Below are positions 61,181 through 64,000 of a stretch of 64,000 nucleotides of DNA, one piece after another. The DNA lies in contig CBDCJV010000002.1 in assembly GCA_965217895.1 (NCBI GenBank), positions 736,001 through 800,000 on the forward strand, read 5' to 3'. This DNA comes from Waterburya sp. GTDB lineage: Bacteria > Cyanobacteriota > Cyanobacteriia > Cyanobacteriales > Xenococcaceae. Each line of letters opens with the position of its first letter. Position 1 is the stretch's first letter. Position numbers and translations under genes: made by a program. The notes under the pieces are model-generated. The model worked only from the letters and a program-made list of their open reading frames with translations. It ran no database searches and was not told the origin of the DNA.

Positions 61181-61595
61181 AGATTCCTCCGCTCACAATA
61201 TTTACAGCCAACAAAATAACAAGGGTTTTAGCTGATAATGAACTCAGGTTAGATAGTGGATGCTCCTCTATTATATAAATAGTTGGCGATCGCGATCGCC
61301 AATAGTAAATTGAAAATCATATTCGTAATGTGATCGAGATCATATTTTAGATTTAAACAGCAGTTTAAAATCAGGATATAAATATAAATACCGCCAGCTA
61401 ACATTTATAAAAAGCTGGCTTATAAAAAATCACTCGCGCCCAAGTTAATTAACTTGGGCGTTGCTATTGTTATCAATCAAACTCTTATTTAAACAAGGTC
61501 ATAACTTGCTAGTTACTAAACCATGCTGAAATTATTAGGAATGAGTGTAATACTAGATTTTTAAGACTGACTCACAGTTTATCAATTCCCTTTTT

Positions 61596-63041
61596 ATGTC
61601 CATTTCTCAGAAACCTGATTTAGCCGAGAACACAATAAAACCCGTTTCTAAATCTCCTTTCAACTCTTGGCAACTATGGAACATGAATTTTGGCTTTCTG
61701 GGTATTCAGTTTGGCTGGGGACTCCAGATGGTAAACATGAGTGCTATTTTTGAGTTTTTAGGGGCAAATGCCGACCAGTTACCGATTCTGTGGTTAGCTG
61801 CACCCTTAACAGGCTTATTTATCCAGCCCATTATCGGCAATCTCAGTGACTATACCTGGACTCCTTTAGGTCGCAGACGACCATACTTTTTAGTCGGAGC
61901 AATTTTGGCATTTATCTCTCTGGTATTGATGCCTAACTGTGACAATATCTGGACGGCAGCAGGAGTATTATGGATTTTAGATACTAGTGCCAACGTTAGC
62001 ATGGTGCCTTTTAGAGCATTTGTTGGCGATTTGTTACCAAAAGAGCAGCGAACCAAAGGTTTTGCGATGCAAAGCATTATGCTAGGTTTGGGGGCGGTTT
62101 CGGCTTCGACTTTGCCCTGGATCTTGAGTCACATTCTGCACGTAAGTAACGCGAGAAATTCTCTACATAAAATACCCCTAACGGTGGAAGTCTCTTTTTA
62201 TGTTGGCAGCGTATTATTTTTAGGTACTGTCTTGTGGACAATTGTGACTACCCCCGAATATCCACCGCAAAATTTAGTTCGGTTTAAGCAGTTAAAAGCT
62301 AAACGTAGCGGGATCTCCAGCAGTCTACGAGAAACCTGGCAAACTTTAGGCAAAATGCCAGTCAAAATGCAGCAGCTTGCTAAAGTACAGTTTTTTACTT
62401 GGTTGGGGATATTTTGCTTTTTTCTTTATTTTCCTCCTGCGGTGGCGCGCAACATCTTTGGGGCAACCAGCCAAAATTCGGTTATTTATAGTGACGGTAT
62501 AGAATGGGCGGGAATTTGTTTTGCTTTATATAATGCTGTCTGCATTGGCTCTTCTTTTTTATTACCTCGAATTGCTCAACGTCTTGGTCGCCCTTTAACC
62601 CATAGTCTTTGCTTACTTTGTGGCGGGACAAGTTTAATTTCTTTATTAGCAATTAGCAATCAATATGTTTTGCTTTTGGCAATGATCGGTTTGGGGATAG
62701 CCTGGTCAAGCGCGCTGATTATGCCCTACACCATGTTAAGTGATTCTATTCCACCTCAGCGTCAAGGAATCTATCAGGGAATATTTAACTTTTTTATTGT
62801 CTTACCAGAAATTGTCGCTTCTCTTGGTTTGGGTTGGGTAATGCAGCATTTACTCCATGAAGATCACCTGCTAGCGGTTGTGATGGGAGGAATATTTTTA
62901 ATTATTGCTGCGGGATTAACTTTACTAATTAAATCAACTCCCGTTAATGATTTGAAGCTGGAGGCACAAGCTATAGAAACTCATGAGGATATGGCTTCTA
63001 GTTGGGACGAAACGAATTCTGCAACAGAGCAAGCAAAATGA
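61596..63041 (+). CDS. MFS sugar transporter (sucrose/maltose GPH type)
   Basis: GIQFGWGLQ, QPIIGNLSD...GRRRPY, GIFNFFIVLPE. Confidence 0.88.
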   Translation: MSISQKPDLAENTIKPVSKSPFNSWQLWNMNFGFLGIQFGWGLQMVNMSAIFEFLGANADQLPILWLAAPLTGLFIQPIIGNLSDYTWTPLGRRRPYFLVGAILAFISLVLMPNCDNIWTAAGVLWILDTSANVSMVPFRAFVGDLLPKEQRTKGFAMQSIMLGLGAVSASTLPWILSHILHVSNARNSLHKIPLTVEVSFYVGSVLFLGTVLWTIVTTPEYPPQNLVRFKQLKAKRSGISSSLRETWQTLGKMPVKMQQLAKVQFFTWLGIFCFFLYFPPAVARNIFGATSQNSVIYSDGIEWAGICFALYNAVCIGSSFLLPRIAQRLGRPLTHSLCLLCGGTSLISLLAISNQYVLLLAMIGLGIAWSSALIMPYTMLSDSIPPQRQGIYQGIFNFFIVLPEIVASLGLGWVMQHLLHEDHLLAVVMGGIFLIIAAGLTLLIKSTPVNDLKLEAQAIETHEDMASSWDETNSATEQAK

Positions 63042-64000
63042 TGAATCAGTTTGGTCGTTTGACTCAACTCTTACTGTTAGCAATTACGGTGTTGACCTAT
63101 AATGTCATTGCTATAGCGATCGCCAATTCTCTATTCGTCAGTCATGTCGGGGCGGGAAAACTACCCATCGTCTTTATTTTGATTGGTTTATGTTCTTTTC
63201 CTATTTATGGCGTTTTTTCGCAAATAGCCGACCGCTATAGTCGTCCTCAAGTATTTCGCTACGTACTGCTGGGGTCGATTGTTGCTATGTTCGGGCTAAG
63301 GCTACTGACCGATGTAGACCTAGATTGGGTTTATTATGTTGTTTTGATCGCTATCTTTTTTCAGTGGGACTTTAATAATAATATTCTTTATCCAGGGCTA
63401 CTTACAGACTATTTCACCACCCTAGAATATAAGCAATACGCCCCCTATATTGGAATTGCTCAAGCGGTAGGCACTTTAGTCGGTGGTGGTTTGACTATTT
63501 TGTTGTCCCGCTATTTTCCTAGTCAAGAATTACTGTTGTGTTTGCCGTTGTTTATGGCGATCGCTTTTGGGCAGCTAGTATATTTAGAAAAGTCTCAGCG
63601 ACGCTTAGAAACCTCTCCCCTAGAATCTAATTTAAGTATTCTCGAATCTCTAAAAACTCTGCCCGATTTGACCAAACGTTATCCTTTAATCTTATTTATT
63701 GCTGCCAGCACTTTTTTACTGGTAATTATTTACATAAGCTCGGAATTTCTCTGGTTTAATATTTACGGTCAACATTTTGAAGAATCAGAATTGACGAGTT
63801 TTCTGGGGCTGATGCGGATGATTATTTCCCTAATTCAAGTAGCGTTTCTTTATGGCATTACTCGTCCTTTACTCAAATGGGTGGGGGTAGCTAGGCTAAA
63901 TGCGCTTTATCCGATCACCACTCTTTTAAGTTTGGGCGGGCTACTGTTGAACTTTAATTTAGCTGCGGGAATTGGTTTACACATCAACGGCGACGCACTA
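63038..64000 (+). CDS. Partial membrane protein resembling the MFS / ATP-ADP translocase-like family; runs off the window
   Basis: ATG overlaps the previous stop; MMNQFGRL...ANSLFVSHVGAGKLP and several TM segments. Confidence 0.6.
   Translation, partial: MMNQFGRLTQLLLLAITVLTYNVIAIAIANSLFVSHVGAGKLPIVFILIGLCSFPIYGVFSQIADRYSRPQVFRYVLLGSIVAMFGLRLLTDVDLDWVYYVVLIAIFFQWDFNNNILYPGLLTDYFTTLEYKQYAPYIGIAQAVGTLVGGGLTILLSRYFPSQELLLCLPLFMAIAFGQLVYLEKSQRRLETSPLESNLSILESLKTLPDLTKRYPLILFIAASTFLLVIIYISSEFLWFNIYGQHFEESELTSFLGLMRMIISLIQVAFLYGITRPLLKWVGVARLNALYPITTLLSLGGLLLNFNLAAGIGLHINGDAL

Noticed and set aside
1107..62077. Many short ORFs overlapping longer genes (e.g. 5195-5575, 12924-13190, 25370-25645, 45841-46095, 52081-52323, 59571-59891)
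   Set aside because: Antisense or alternative-frame shadows with no recognisable motifs.

Overview
A cyanobacterial chromosomal window (dense HIP1 GCGATCGC octamers, NtcA boxes, STRR-like heptamer repeats). Housekeeping genes: a 7-gene Mrp Na+/H+ antiporter operon, argF, aspS, trpD, leuS, the hppD/tocopherol methyltransferase pair and nrrA. Two accessory blocks stand out. (1) A nitrogen-scavenging island at 13.5-23.8 kb: a partial Nit1C nitrilase cluster, a doubly inactivated MNT-HEPN toxin-antitoxin pair, and an operon of cyanase, a urease paralog and a MOSC protein. The urease paralog keeps all Ni ligands but has remodelled substrate-pocket loops and no accessory genes, suggesting a substrate other than urea. 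(2) A peptide export and glycosylation cluster at 44.7-56.4 kb: HlyD, a HetP-family protein, a HetC-like C39 peptidase ABC transporter, a PPIase, two double-glycine-leader Ser/Thr/Ala/Tyr-rich precursors, a TPR-GT41-TPR-GT2 fusion and a Ser-rich leaderless peptide. The HetP-family protein carries an internal copy of the precursor leader motif. Also present: a degenerate ISKra4-like element and a fragment of it next to two damaged TetR loci, several MITEs, REP-like and HIP1-inserted repeats (two inside coding regions) and several pseudogenes. No rRNA, tRNA or CRISPR array was recognised. All family calls come from recognising motifs by eye, not from database searches.
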